From assembly GCA_043228905.1 (NCBI GenBank), contig JBHGNT010000003.1, forward strand, positions 15,128,001 to 15,192,000: a DNA stretch of 64,000 bases, written 5' to 3'. Positions 36,201 through 50,900 of the stretch are shown here, piece after piece (the stretch's first letter is position 1; every line of letters starts with the position of its first letter). The notes beneath the pieces were generated by a model, which worked only from the letters and a program-made list of their open reading frames with translations, made no database searches and had not been told where the DNA came from. The translations under genes were made by a program, and so were the position numbers. The DNA is from Azolla caroliniana. Its lineage: Eukaryota > Plantae > Polypodiophyta.

Positions 36201-36731
36201 AAAAACGTAACCGTGTACATACACACACAAGCATGCATATTAGTTTAATGTTTTTGCTGTGTGCTTTATCATGTAATCCCTTGTTCTCATTTTACATCTA
36301 GGTATTTTCGGCATGCTGGTGGTCAGCTATACATTCTGTCAAGGGCACTAGCTCAGTACATTTATGTCAATAGGTAATACTAAGTCAAGGAAATGTTTGT
36401 AATAGATTGTCTCAGAGATAAATGAGCGATAACTATCCTTTTTTTATGCTAATGAGTTATATGCTTTACTTTACGTAGAGATTTCTTGCATGTCTATGCA
36501 CATGAGGATATCTCGGTAGGGTCGTGGATAATTGGATTAGATGTACATCATATTGATGAAAGGCGGACTTGTTGTAGTACCTCCATTCAAGGTCTTTTCC
36601 CTCCTGCAATATTTTTCTTTACATGTATTTACATTTATTATCCGTGGTATGTAAAAACAAAAACTAAAAAGCACCACATTTTATTGATTTTGTCCAATAT
36701 TTTGTCAGGTGCAATATGCTCACAGCTTTAG
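30232..36731 (+). CDS. HPGT: GT31 hydroxyproline O-galactosyltransferase HPGT-like (type II Golgi membrane protein), 12 coding exons
   Basis: GT-AG exons in continuous frame: 30232-30344, 32262-32325, 32406-32455, 32546-32742, 35229-35292, 35408-35480, 35650-35773, 35890-35977, 36106-36156, 36302-36373, 36479-36591, 36709-36731. N-terminal TM ending YVAGRLWQD; motifs [64 protein letters not shown]. Confidence 0.93.
32060..32244 (+). mobile_element. Gypsy integrase fragment at the 3' end of HPGT intron 1
   Basis: [56 protein letters not shown] closely parallels D integrase at 21420-21590. Confidence 0.85.
33860..34089. repeat. Two tandem ~115-bp copies inside an unclassified insertion in HPGT intron 4
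   Basis: TTTTATATCACTATTTCTCCTC...GGATGCCCGTTGA occurs twice. Confidence 0.85.
34816..35205. repeat. 195-bp near-perfect tandem duplication
   Basis: TTTGACAAGTATTTAC...GAAATTCAAG at 34816-35010 and 35011-35205, with few differences. Confidence 0.95.
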
Positions 36732-38369
36732 CGCGACATAAACACAATTTTTTCATTCAACATCTTTTTCAGAAGCTAAAATGATCCACATGGGAATATA
36801 TCCGAGACTTTTGTGCTACTGATGCCCAAATTTTTATGATTTTTCCCAAATATACACAAAATCATTGTTATCCCATTTCTCCAAATTGTTTTTTGCCACT
36901 ATGATCTTCCATTGTAACGATCACTTTGGAATGCAAACATTATATTTTTTTGGAAGTTCCATGGCATTGTATCTTTTACTAAAATCAAGAGGAAAAGTGA
37001 CCTATGATCCGAGGTCTTGTGACTCTTTTAATCTCGTCGAGGTTTTTGCATTGACTAGAGGTGTTTGCAAGGGTTCATTGGAAAAACTGAAGTATAGTAT
37101 AAATTTACCAACCAAAACAATGTCCTTTTGAAGAAATAAATGAAAAACTGAAGAATAATGTTGAGATACATCTTGTTCTGCCATTTTAACAATTTGAAAA
37201 ACACAATGCATTTCCAGGCTTGGCATATATTTAGACATCCATTGCTCAAACAACCAATTAAGTAGGTCACATGAGCACATTATGAGAAATGTCCTAACAA
37301 GTGCACATGAATTTTGAACTATATGGAATCCATTAATGTTTCTTGTTTTTCAAGTTTGCATCATGATGTGGATTTGGGGCTACATCTTTCATTGTTAAGT
37401 TTCTTCCATGACCAACATGAAAATCTTTCACGCAACTTAAATTGACCCAATGGGGTCTTGTGAACAACACTACTACAAATTGTGTAAGCTCAATAGTAAT
37501 TTTGGTATAGGTTACTGATAAAGCATACTAGAGTAACTTTGCATCAATTGTAGGTTTCCCAAGTATTCCAATTATCGTGCATTGTCTTTTATCATATCAA
37601 ATTAAATGAGATTCTTTTGTACTAATTAATCTTGTTGCTATAATATTTTGGATTAGACCTTAATGTCCATCAACTTTTGTAATAAACTCCTTGATAGATT
37701 GTAACTTTAATTGATCATCTAATTAAATGTACTCTTAATCTTCATTTAGTGCTTCATGGTTTAAGGGACATTTGAATGTATGAAAATGTGTTTCAACAAA
37801 GTAGCATATTGAAAAGTGATTGAAATATGAGCACAAGAATGGTCATATTAGCCCATCCATGCAAAGCCAATATTCATGTGTTGAAATTTGGCCCTAGTAG
37901 AAATGTAATATTTGGCATTGTTATTACCTTCCACACATGAGGATACTTGTTATTGATTCATAAGAATCTTGGTCATCTCCTATTTCTCCTCATTTAATTT
38001 GGGATACTGGGTCTCACTTATGTCCTCCATTTGGAGAGGATGTCTAACTCACTAGCATTTGGCCTTTTAACATATAAAAGCACTCCTAACTCTTAAGGAT
38101 GTACTCTGGATGGAGAGAATATTCAAAAGATATCACTCTAGACATAGTAGTATTTATGAGGCCAAGAATCTATTTTGCTTCTCTTGAGTTCTTCATAGTG
38201 AAAGTTTCATGTATCTTTGCCTCAAAATAAACCACCTCATTTGTGTTATTGTATCACATGAGCATGTTGCAAACACATAAGAAAGGTCAACAATCTTGTA
38301 ATCAAACTACCATCAACCTTCTTGATAAAAAGGCAATGATCATCATCTGCACTCAACACAAGATATCAG

Positions 38370-39870
38370 GTTGAAGGGAATAGCTAATCCTTTTTATATA
38401 GTTGACCCGGGGTTATCCAATTGGCACATGTCCCATATCCTTATAGGTTACCTCAGTCCTAGGATGATCAATTTCTGAGTTATCCTACCCTTAAATTCCA
38501 TAAAATAAGACTTTAGTATTGTTTCTTTAGGTTATGCCCATAACAAAGTTGTTGTGCAAACAAAGTTTTGCAACATATCTATGAGGTAATGTCAAAGGGG
38601 ATAGCTAGCCTCCTTTATATAGTGGAAATCCTTGGGTTCTAAATTGCCATGTATTATATCCTTAGTGGGTTACCTCAAGTGCTAGGATAGTTGGTTTCAC
38701 AATTATTCTATGTGCTTATTGAGGTTATACGCATGACATTCTCTTGTTTAAAAAAAAACATAGCACTATTTCAATGACAAATAGATATCAAGGAAGTTAG
38801 ACTTAGGAATGTGTTCATTCGTGCAAGTGATGTCACCCACTATATAATCCAACCATTTAGTTTTGATTATTCAATTTTGAGCTCAAAATTTGAGAAACTA
38901 ATCGAGGCTTAAAAACATAAATTCTTCAGAGTTATAAGATCTTTTATGGTTTCTGTTATCATAACCAAAATGTTATTTTAGATAACTAACATGAAAACCA
39001 TAATGAACATAAACATATGTTATCATGTGGATTGAGACAACATGCAAATGAACAAATACGTTTTAGGAGTAAAACATGTCCAAAGCTAATTTTGCACAAA
39101 TGGTTTTAGGAGTTTTGACTCATAAGTATATATTTTTGACTAAGGGGAAAGACAAACCGCAATGAACAACAACATCATCTAGAAGATTGAGACAACATGC
39201 AATATGTTTTAGGACAACACCAGGTCCATAATAGTGCAAGGCTAAATTTGCACACATGCTTGTAGATAAACTTTGGAGTTTTGACACATAAGTATATATT
39301 TTTGACTAAGCTAAGAGACATGAGGATGTGAGAAATGCGTGAGATATGCAACATTTCTTTCGTATCCTTGAGATCTAATTCATGTTTATGAAAATCAACA
39401 TTGATAAAGGGCTCATGTTTGAATGCCTTACATCAATATGAAAATGACTATATGTGGTCAATGTATAGTCGTAACTTGTAGGCTTCTTCCAAAGAATAAT
39501 GGTTGGCAATTTGTAATAAAAATTATATAAAATATGGTTTTAAGGGCGTTTTTCCACCAATCACTCTCGATTAGAGGACAAGAGACATATGAAACCCCAT
39601 GGGTGTTCCATACCATTGAATATAGCCTTACATTATACCTCAGGGATATGAAATACAACAGAACTTTGCCACACTAGCACTGTCTCAAGGACATCTCAAA
39701 GATGTTTTAGGGATAAGTAGTCCCTTTTACTTAACCAAACTCCTTATGCTCCCAAAGTGCCAATGTTTTCCAAATCCTTTAAAGGATGACTCAAGACCTA
39801 GGATGATCAATTTCCCCATTAGCATACCCTTAGATCCTTTAAAATGGGCTATTAAGGTTACGTCCCAAAT
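38370..39870 (-). repeat. Three degenerate related LTR-like fragments (~38370-38544, 38595-38738, 39710-39870)
   Basis: Shared GGATAG...CCTTT.ATATAG...CTCA(A)G..CTAGGAT...GGTTA core. Two copies end in ACA. Confidence 0.5.
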
Positions 39871-40010
39871 GTTTAAGCTCAATGTAGTATCAAAAAGTGT
39901 ACTTGTAACTTTTTTTTGCTAGTATTGCGTTAAGAGAAGTCACGATCTATTGGAGGCGGTCAAGAGTGGTACCTTTTGAGAGAGGTTCCAAAACAAATAA
40001 GGAAAGTTCG

Positions 40011-40012
<2 letters not shown>

Positions 40013-40042
<30 letters not shown>
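40013..40042. repeat. (CT)n microsatellite
   Basis: About 15 CT units. Confidence 0.9.
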
Positions 40043-40045
<3 letters not shown>

Positions 40046-41418
40046 ATACATGTATCACACTCTTATTTATGAGCACTAGATTTTAAGTGGACCATGGTAA
40101 TGCCTTTAGTCTTGACTCTTAACTCCTCATATGGTAGAGGAAAATGTCACCTAATAAATTTTTAGGAGCAAATCATTATTGTGTGTGATTTGGAACTAAA
40201 GGTATGAAGAGTTTTTATACATATTATAATGAACATAACATCAAACCTAAAAGTTGGGATTTAAATGCATGATCTTAATTATGTAAAGCACAATCTTGAA
40301 TATCACACAATTGTCTACAAATTGTGGTATTTCAAATTGGGTCTTTATGAGTTGTCAAGCAATAATATGTGTTGACGTCTAAGTGTCTTACATGATGGAG
40401 GTTTTCACATATAATGCATGCACGTTCTCTTTCCCACTTTTTTTTCCTGTCTAAGTGTCTTACATGATGGATGTTTTCACATATAATGCATGGAGGTTTT
40501 CATGTCTAACTCATACAATGGGTGCAAAGTGTGTTTCGTATTAACTCATACAATGGGGCAAGCTAAGTAGATGATTGGATAGCCTTTGCAAATTGTCAGG
40601 GCTTAATCCACGTCGTCCAATATGATGCTAGTGGTGAGCAAACCATTTGAATTGGTGTGGGGTGTAATTGTGAAGGGCGTACAAGGAGCTGTATATTCTA
40701 TGTATGAGAACAAATGACCTCTCTTTCCCTCCCTCTTTGTTATGAGAGCATTCATGGGAAAACAAACCACTCATATTTTGCCTCCTCTAGATATGTATTG
40801 ATTTGTTGTACACGTAATGTTCTTCACGGTACTTGTACTCATGGTTCCTACAACGTAGTACTTTGATCAATGTAGGTAGAAATCATATTTATTCAAATTG
40901 TTTTTGATTTATTTTACAAATACTACGAATCTCTAAGAATCACATATTGGATGTAACTTCTTTGCCGCATCTGAAAATTGTCAACTAAATAGCTCATTTT
41001 TATTTTTTGTTGTTGTCGTGTTCGTAATAGGCCTGTCCTAACGGTAATCCATTAAGGACTTTAAAGCAGTTGATACGTCTATCTCAGCTATGGCCCAATC
41101 TCTATTGGACATTCATTTCATTTACTCACTTCACCCTTCTTCTTCTTCTTCTTCTCTTCGAATCAATTACCCCCCTCCATTGGGCATTCATTGTAGATTG
41201 TTTCCAAGGAATGGCGTCGTTCTCTTGAAGGCTCGCCTCATAACGTCGCAATGCAACATGAGCATCGGAGGAATCTGGAGTACTCTCACATCATGTTGGT
41301 TGTGTTACACTTTTCTAGCACCACAATCTACGTCCTTTATGTACATATGTATATAGTACATATATATATATATATGCACACATATAATCTCATGATTGAT
41401 TTGGATAGAGCAAAAGCT

Positions 41419-41589
41419 ACATACATACATACATACATACATACATACATGCATGCATATATATTAATATAATACATAGTAAAAGAACTCACGCCATACC
41501 CAACAAGAATCAGACAGACGAAGCCCGAGAGTTTGACGTTTGCACCCGAGACAAAACGCAAACGCAAACGCAAACGCAAACGCAAACGC
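41419..41589. repeat. (ACAT)n and (AAACGC)6 microsatellites upstream of the myosin start exon
   Basis: ACAT x8 at 41419-41450 and AAACGC x6 at 41554-41589. Confidence 0.9.
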
Positions 41590-41959
41590 AAACCCAGTTT
41601 CTACTTCCTTCGTATTATTATTTTTACCTTCTTCTTTCTTCGTCGTCGTCTGCGCTTATAGAACACCAATTTAACAGAGAATGAGACGAAATGATGATGA
41701 TCCTTCCATTCCATTCCATTGAATCTCCTCCTCCTCGTCTTTCGCACAGATCCACAGAGCTCTCTCCTGTCCCTCATTCTGATCGCTTCTAATTCTTCTT
41801 CTTCTTCTCTTCATGGCAGCCAATGATTACAATTGCTCCGCTAATTCCCTTCCAACCACATAATTGTTGTTGCAGCGCCGCAAAATAGCTAGGCTATGTA
41901 TTAGCCTCATCCACCCAATCTGTTCCTCCCTCCCTACACACCTGTCCATATCTGCCTAC

Positions 41960-44900
41960 ATGGTAAGTCCTCTTCTTATTTTCTTCCTGCAAATGTATAT
42001 GTATCTAGACGAAGATTGATCTGCTTCCAAATTTGATGTCAACGAACTATGCCAATTCCATGGAATCCTTGTGCAAACAATTTACCACGATTCTTACGCA
42101 TCTGGAAATCAAATTCGTTTCTTTGCTTTTACTTACTTATAAGACACCTATTCTGATCCCAAAAAGATTGATATAGTAAATGCAACTACCGATCGAATTC
42201 AATGGAAAACTTTTGTACACCTCAATTTAACAACTTTTTATTGTATTCACTCCACAATCCAAATATGGTACCTGATCAATTCTCTTTGCTAAGTATTCGA
42301 ATATCATTTTTTTCATCTATCTGTCCTAACATGGTTGTAATGTATCTGTTCTGATCTAAAGAACCCTAGGTTGATCAGATTGTGTGAGAATGGAAGAACA
42401 GAAAATGTAAAACGTGCATAAATGTTTCATTGTTGCTTATCTTTCCACAATTGGTTTGTTGTGGATCCGTTTTTTTTCTTGTAAATCATCGATCATTTAT
42501 CTTTCGGACTATTTTTGTAATGATTTGTTCCAATCCAACGATCTCTCATCCAACTAGAGAGAGACAGTACGACACTTATCTGCTGCTGGCATAAGAACAT
42601 GTTTTTAGGGAATGGATTTGTGGTCCAAAGATGGCAAAATGGATCGCTTTAACCATATGATGCTGTTTTCAATCTTGTTCCTTTATCAATTTGCAACATA
42701 GGTTCTGGATCAATGTTTCTTGTTTAATCGGATGTTTGTGTATAAAAGAAATGGTCATAAGATCGCCTAATTTGCCACAAGAGACTGTTATAGTGTTTCT
42801 CAGATCGACATAAAAGGATTTATGTGTTTTTGTTGGAAATTTATTGAAAGAATTTGTTGTTCACAGATTTCTTTTGCCAATGTTAATCAGACCAAGAGGA
42901 ATGCACATTGTCAGGCAAGTCCCAATCTATAAAACAATGAAAAGCCTGTGCAAATATAATAACGTAGCTCATGAATCCAGAAGTTTGAATGTTATCATAA
43001 TAATCGGTTCTCCAAAGATCCTCTGGCTACCCTGCATTTATCATTCTTTATGATCCATTCCTATCAAACTGCTAAGGGAGACCCGTATAGATCCAATGTG
43101 CCTCATCACTTCACAATCAAATTGGTCCTGGATCCATGTTTCTATGTAGGATCAATTTTCTGTCCAGGAATATAGTTCAAAAAAATCAATGCTTCAAATA
43201 TCGTTCGGGTTAAATTTGATAGTCTTTAAGATCGTTTCTTTTATATGTATGGATTAGCTTCTTCTCCCTTATGACTTTACAATGTTATGATAGAGGAATC
43301 GCTGATCCCCTCCAGTGCCTGGTGGGACAAGCTAAATATTAAACTCGGTCTACAGAAATGACTTCTGAGGTTGATTCGGCTGTAAAAGTCCTTTCTCTGG
43401 TAATAATAGCATTGTTTTTATTCCCACATAAATGATTTGCTAGACACAATGGTTACCGATTACTTACTTTTCGCTTGCCAATTGAAAGCATAATCCTGAT
43501 GTTAATGATCGCTGTCTGCAGATTCTTTCCTGTCTATTAGTTCATGTGTACGTGTACATGTGTGTGTGTGTGTATATATATACATATATAACAACAACTT
43601 CTGATGCTGACACAATCTAGTTTAAATCTGTGAATTGACAAACCCTTTCAAGGAAAAATAAAGGGGCAATTAATCTTTGCATGTATGTGTATATAGTATA
43701 ATATCTGGTGCTGACATAATTTAATTAAAATCTGAAAATTAACAAGCCCTTTCAGTGAAAAACACAGGAGAAAATCTAACACGAATATTGAAATTGTTTA
43801 ACAGGCCTCTGCCAACAATATATCTGTCGGATCCCAGATATGGGTGGAAGACAGTGCCCTTGCATGGTTGGATGCCACAGTTCTGGAAATCAACGGTCAT
43901 GAAGTCAAGGCACAGACAAAGTCTGGAAAAATGGTGAGTAACTCTAAGTATCGTTATTAACAGAAGCGTATATGTTTTGTGTTTAATAGTGTCTTAAAAT
44001 TTGGCTTTTTAGGTTATTACCAAGCTGGGTAACGTTCATCCAAAGGATCCAGATGCACAACCTGGAGGTGTCGATGACATGACTAAGCTGGGATATTTGC
44101 ATGAGCCAGGTGTCTTACACAACTTAGCAAGTCGATACGAGCTCAATGATATATATGTGAGCTACTATTCAAAACTCTTGAATTTAAGCATTTTCAATTT
44201 CTTGAAAAGCCTCACTCTACTTTCCGAAGTAATATGATGCCATTTAACTTCTATGTGCCAAAATAGGCGCAAGGAGGATTTGAAGCGAGGCTAGAACAAA
44301 AATAATGTATCAACGAGGGCATTAGAACATTTGGTAACATTACCTGTATTGAGACAAGATCTCATGAGATAAAAAAATTAAGTTGAATTCTACCTGATAG
44401 GCTCTTGATAAGAGTTTGATAATTAGCATGTCAATTAACAAAAGTGAAGAACTAAGGTGTATTTAAGCAGTTTGCCGCATCATTAAACAACACTTGCTGA
44501 AAATTAATAAAAAAGGACCAGAGGAGTATAAATACACATTCTGCAAATTAATTAGTGAGACGGAGTCCCACCAGAATATCCTTCATTGGAATATCTGGAG
44601 TGTCTTGATGACACTTCGATTCCAAGTACCTCACCGATACACTGGAAATCCTATAGGTGTAATGGAATCTTACACAACATTGATCTCCTTACGGTCTGTG
44701 AGACTGGAATCTCGACCACATTAGAAACTTGATAGAATCTTATAGAGTCTGATATTGGATTTGCATATAATTAAAGTAAGCAGACTTTATTAACATGATA
44801 TGCCAAGCATTTAATAGAGTTCTAGAGATTCCACAAAAGAAATTAAGCTTGATGTTTTAACCTGAATTAGGTCACAATACAATTCATATATTGAGGGGAA

Positions 44901-47900
44901 TTATAGTCTGAATGAATATGGTGCATTAAATTTCCCTAGACTACCACTTGAAAGAGATCGAAGGGGCAATAAAGCAATAATACAGGGTAGAGATGAAGAG
45001 ACACCACTCGGAATCTTGGGATATTTAGCTCTTTCATATGCTTTGCCTTCATGCCATATGATGGACATCTCAATATCCTTTTCGTTACAGTTTCTTCTTT
45101 TTCCCGTTGCTCAATAATTTGTGCTTATGGGAGGCTTCCTGTACTCTACTTTCTCGTCTTTCCCTTGAAAACAATGTCCACATATGCAATTCCAAGAATC
45201 ATGAACTAAACAGTGGTGGTTTTATACAATTGTAACACCCACTCTTTGCCTTGGGTGGATACTTGGAAATCAAGCCTATAGTGCACAAAACTGGAGGGAT
45301 GCGGAGAGGCGTGTAGTCTTTATGATTTCTCACACGATAACGAGCACAGTTTCAGTGCTACATAATATAACCTGGTCTAAGATGAGGGCAGCCCGAATAG
45401 TTATGGAGGCGTTATTACACATAGAGACTTATATGTAACAGATTTGGGAGCTCCCAAAGCAAAGGTACTCAAGGTTGGCACGTATCTCATAGAAACAGCT
45501 GGCAGTACAGGAAGAGAATGTTGAAATGCAAGAACAGTGTGCCATTAACATTCCAATATAGCTTGGATTGTCTGCACTTGGAGACTTGGAGACAAACAAA
45601 GTGGAAAAAGAATAGAGTAATCAGCCCCAAAAGGCTGACATCATAAAATTGATTATGAAAGAAATGTGGATCAGCCCCAAACGGCCTCTTGGTAGGAAGA
45701 TGGCCCACTATAAGGTCCTTATTTTGCACTTGTGGAAGGATGGATTTATCATCGTACGGACTTATATGCATACACATGTTTCTCACGCATTCTGTAGTGC
45801 GATAGGGAGTTCATGATCGCTTAAGATTCAATCAGGTATATTTAAGAAAATTAGAGCTTCTATTTTCTCAGTCTGTGATAACTTTAAGCTGCCTATATTT
45901 GTAATCATGATTTGTCTCTTAGAGACTGTAGTAGGGGTGAATATATTAGTTTGTCCTTTTGATCCAAGGTAATGGAATATGAAGACCAAGGATGTTTGGG
46001 ACTGTTCTCGCTAGAAATCAAGAGGCATAGATAGAATTTGTTAAGCACAACAATACAGCCAAAAAAACTCATCAACAAAGACCCATCACAACCTTCTTTA
46101 GCTCCAACACCACTCTTATGCTATAGATTAACCAAGTGCTACACAGGTATCATCTTGACCACAAGATTCCAAGGGTTGTTGTAATAAATTGGGCAACTGC
46201 AATTTGCAGTGGACATAGGCCACACACATCTGGACCATCGCCCTGTCGCACTTGTTGCTGATAAATCAAGGATAGAAGTTTAATCCATCTAAATTGATTA
46301 TGTTAAATGCTTAACTAAGAAGGAAATTGATACCGTATGCAATTTTACTAATTTAGCTATATTTGTTTTGGTCTGTTCTCAAAGACAAGACACCGTTTTA
46401 AGATGTAATCTCTTGTTTGGTTGTATAGGCCATTTTGATTTCTTAAAATAGGTTAATATAGCTTTTTCTTTTTTTCTATCATATGGATATTAATCATAGC
46501 TAATTTGGCAGACATATACAGGAAATATCTTGATTGCTGTGAATCCATTCACAAAGCTTCCCCATTTATATGACGTGCATATGATGGAACAATACAGGGG
46601 TGCTACATTTGGTGAATTAAGTCCACATGTGTTCGCAATAGCAGACACTGCTTACAGGCAAGTGGATTGACTGCAATGCTGACTTAAATAAAGCAGTGAG
46701 TATGTAAGCATTTGATTGTGTTTTTTTATTTAGGGCGATGATTGATGAAGGGAAAAGCCAATCAATTCTCGTAAGTGGAGAAAGTGGAGCTGGAAAGACT
46801 GAAACGACCAAACTTTTGATGCAGTATATTGCTTTCATGGGTGGAAGAGCTATGACAGATGGAAAAACTGTTGAACAGCAAGTTCTTGAGGTACCTTCTG
46901 TTCCTGTACTTTATATTTCCTCTTTTTTTTGAAATGGGCTTATGATGATTTAGGTGAATTTACTCTATGCAGTCGAATCCCCTTCTTGAAGCGTTTGGTA
47001 ATGCAAAAACAGTTCGCAACGACAATTCAAGGTAAGCAGTATGTTGTTAGATTTCCTTTTGGTTGTCTATCGGGTTTGATCCTATTGCTAAGTTGCTCTT
47101 ACCGTTGAAATATAAATGATTGTTTCTATTTTTTAACTGCATGCGGTATTTCTAAGAAATTTCCTTCCTAAGTTACAAGAATGTTTTGTTCTACTTAATA
47201 TAATGAGAAAACAATCTGTTCTCCTAGTTTAATAGGTAGCAGAAATCATGTCTTTCAGTAGTCGGTGGATGCTTCTGCTGACTCATCACGGGCAGCAGAG
47301 CAAATAATATAGGCTGCTTCACATCCTAGGTGCATTCTTGCTTTTTATTTGGTTGCCATATCTGAAATATTGATTGGCATTGTACCCTCACAGGTGGTTC
47401 ATTATGCATGAATCCTCTGCGCGTTGGCTCAGATACGATAACCACAGTACCTGTATATACTGCTTATGTGCAACATCAGAATTAGGTTAGCCAGCAATCA
47501 TGTTGGTTTTTTGGCACAGTTAATGTACAGCTCTGTTTTGGGAAAAAATGTAGACTATAGCCAAAATGTAAGTTTTTGGACAGTTGAAACTAACAAAAGA
47601 TAAGGAGGATGGGGTAGTTTAGATAAGGATTGGTTGTTTATCTATTCAAGGAATAGTTATTCCCTAGAAAGATGGATGCATCATCGCAATGGGGCCATCC
47701 TAGGGCATGTCAAGTGAAGATCTTGTGGTGTTTTAAGGTGGTGGAACATCCACCTTCTATGAAGGTAGAAACTTAGCCTCAAAAATAAAATGTCTGCCTT
47801 TCTAAGTAAGAACCAACAAGAAAGTACTGCATATGATTGCTTTGTAATGAGTGTTCACCAAATGATGCAATGCAGGTCAAAGTGGAAAAGAATGTTATTT

Positions 47901-50900
47901 TTAGTTCCTTATTCAATGCAGGTCAAAGATGTAATATTTGGTTCTTCTGTACACCATTTTAGTCTTTTGAAAAGCGTTGACATATATTTCTACTGGGTAC
48001 CGTTTCTCCAAGAACAATTGTCTGATTGCACAACAGAACTTGTCTCCATCTATCCAGTGAGGTGGAATTTATCTGACACGGTATTTATGCTGATACCTTT
48101 ATGATATTCCGTGAGCACTTGGATATGTTTCCTTGTGATGACTCAGATGATGAGCAATTAAACCATGTTAAGTACCCTTACAGAACAACAAAAAAACCAT
48201 GTTTGTGAGGTCTATACAATGTAGATAGCCTGAAGTACGTATAATTACTTTTTTCTATGAGGGGTGTGCTATGAACATCATAGAACTAGGTGGAATGGTA
48301 AGAAAAACAGAGATGATGATGAACAACACTAAATCTGGACCTTCTGAAGGCATCCTACACGCAGAAATCAAGATGAGATAGGGATTGTGGTGAAATAAGG
48401 GGAAGGAGAGAGGTGCTAAATGTGGAAGCACATTTTAATAGAAGGGTCAAGGGTCAAATGAAAAGAGGATTGCCTGGAGGATCTGTTTTTTTATCATTGG
48501 TGGTTCTCTTGTTATTTCGAACGTCATTCAATTCTCTATTTGGAGTTTATCATTTCCATATCTCATCTTCACCAAATAGAAAACATCAACATGTACATAA
48601 GTAATGAAAGCATAGTGAATTGTAGAGAATAGAAATTTTGCATGAGGGAAGATTTTAGTCTGGCATCATTATGTGGCATGTTGTGGAATTTCTTCAGCAT
48701 ATCTTTTACTCTGAGATACTTGAGCCAGAGGATCTTCGAGTCCTTTTCTTGCCTATACACTATTATATAGGGAGAATTTTTTCTTGGACATCTTACCTTA
48801 GAGATAGATCATTAATTTACTCTTTCCCCTAACAAGAGTAAAGGATATGTTGGCGTATTCGTTCGGAGAATACTATCTTGATGCACGGAGCTTAGAACAT
48901 ATGTTGAGTATGGCTATTGTATCTAGCTGTATATGTATGATCTCCTTGCACAAATCACAAAATGCATGGAAATTGATTCGGACCAACCATTTTCCTGCAG
49001 ATATAATTTAACCACATCAGATTAGGATTCTGTGCTTTTATGACTCAACTGATGAGGGTAGAGGATAGCATACGTAGGTGCTTATGATTTTGGATTTGAA
49101 ACTTTTTATTAAAGCTTTCTTCCTCTATTAATGTCTTTATGTAGATAAATTTTTTTGTGTCGGCCTTATCAATCCTAATCACTAAATGCAATTCCTTTGG
49201 GATATTTGTGCAGCCGGTTTGGAAAATTTGTGGAGCTTCAGTTTGATAGAAGTGGGAGGATATCAGGGGTTGCAATTCGCACCTATCTACTTGAAAGATC
49301 ACGTGTTGTGCAGATTACTGATCCAGAAAGAAACTACCACTGCTTTTATCAGCTTTGTGCTTCGACTGAGGTTATTTTTTAGCCTTTTGAAAACATGGCG
49401 ATTATTGTTTTCACTTCAAACTACTAATTAATGTACTATCTGGTCAGGATGCTGTAAAATACAATCTTGGGGATGTGAAATCTTTTCACTACCTGAATCA
49501 AAGCAAATGTTATGAATTGAATCACACTAGTAATAGCTATGAATATGCAAAGACTAGAAGAGCCATGGATATTGTTGGCATAAGCTTGGAGGAACAGGTA
49601 TATCTGTTGTTAATTCTGTACATACAAATATTCCATTTTCATCTTTTATAATGGAAAGGAGTTTGAATCATAAAAGTTGTATAGTGGGAGAATCAAGACA
49701 TAGGTCAGGAATAATAACTATTAACTTGTGAACTCATGACTGCCAGGAGTGACTATCATGCACAAGTCTATTAAATTGATGTTGATGCCTTTTGTGCAGA
49801 ATTGTTGTAGATTGACAAACAGTAAAGAGAGGAAATTTTATGTTTTTATTTTAAAGACGTTAAATAACTTATAGCAGTTATGATGCAGGAAGCAATATTT
49901 CGTGTGGTGGCTGCAATACTCCATTTAGGTAATATTCAATTTGTACAAGGCAAAGAACATGATTCGTCTATGTTGAAGGATAAACAATCTCAATTCCATT
50001 TGCAGATTGCTTCTGATCTACTCATGTATGCTCATTATTGACCCTATATATAGTTTAATTAACTCTTGAAAGAAATATTGCTGAGTTTATACTTTCTGGT
50101 TGTGTTGTAGGTGTGGTTCGAAGGGTTTGATGGATTCTCTTTCAACAAGGACCATTGTTACACGAGATGAAAATATTACAAAGTCCCTGGATCCAATTTC
50201 TGCATCGCTGAACCGTGACACGTTTGCAAAGACAATATACTCACGGCTATTTGATTGGTAATTGCAAGTTCATTTTTTCTCACATCTCAATTATGATTTA
50301 GTAATTCGCTAACCATACCTTATATTCACAGGCTTGTTGATAAAGTCAATAAATCTATTGGTCAGGATCCTGATCCGAAGACAGTTATTGGTGTACTTGA
50401 TATTTATGGGTTTGAAAGCTTCAAGACTAACAGGTACTGCCTCAAAAAATACGTACTAGCATGTCGTCAAAGAGTTATCCCTATACTCACTGTACTTGGG
50501 TTTATGCTCATTGATAGTGTAGGAATTTATTCCAATATTGATTTATACGAACAGTCAAGTCTGATTATGTCTATAGCTGACATTTGATGTTTTGTTTGAG
50601 TGACATAATAGTTTCGAGCAGTTTTGTATTAATTTGACAAATGAAAAACTTCAGCAGCATTTCAATCAGGTGTGTTGTGGTTGATAGTAACTCATGTCAT
50701 GAGAATTGACCTCGCGAACTAATTTGACTTGATTTGTATTTTACTCTCTAAACAGCATGTTTTCAAGACGGAGCAGGAAGAATATGCAAAAGAAGAAATT
50801 GATTGGAGCTATATTGAATTTGTAGATAACCAAGATGTATTGGACATGATTGAGAAGGTATCGAGCATATAGAAGAATTCAAAATATTGTTATGCATGGT

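Noticed and set aside
36720-36731. C-terminal SQL of HPGT as a peroxisomal PTS1
   Set aside because: The protein has an N-terminal type II membrane anchor, so the C-terminus would be luminal.
37400-38340. Possible decayed transposase or pol in the intergenic region
   Set aside because: Codon-like texture only; no diagnostic motif was recoverable by eye.
44200-49100. Short ORFs in myosin introns 3 and 6 as nested genes
   Set aside because: They are 60-104 aa with no motifs, consistent with chance or eroded TE sequence.
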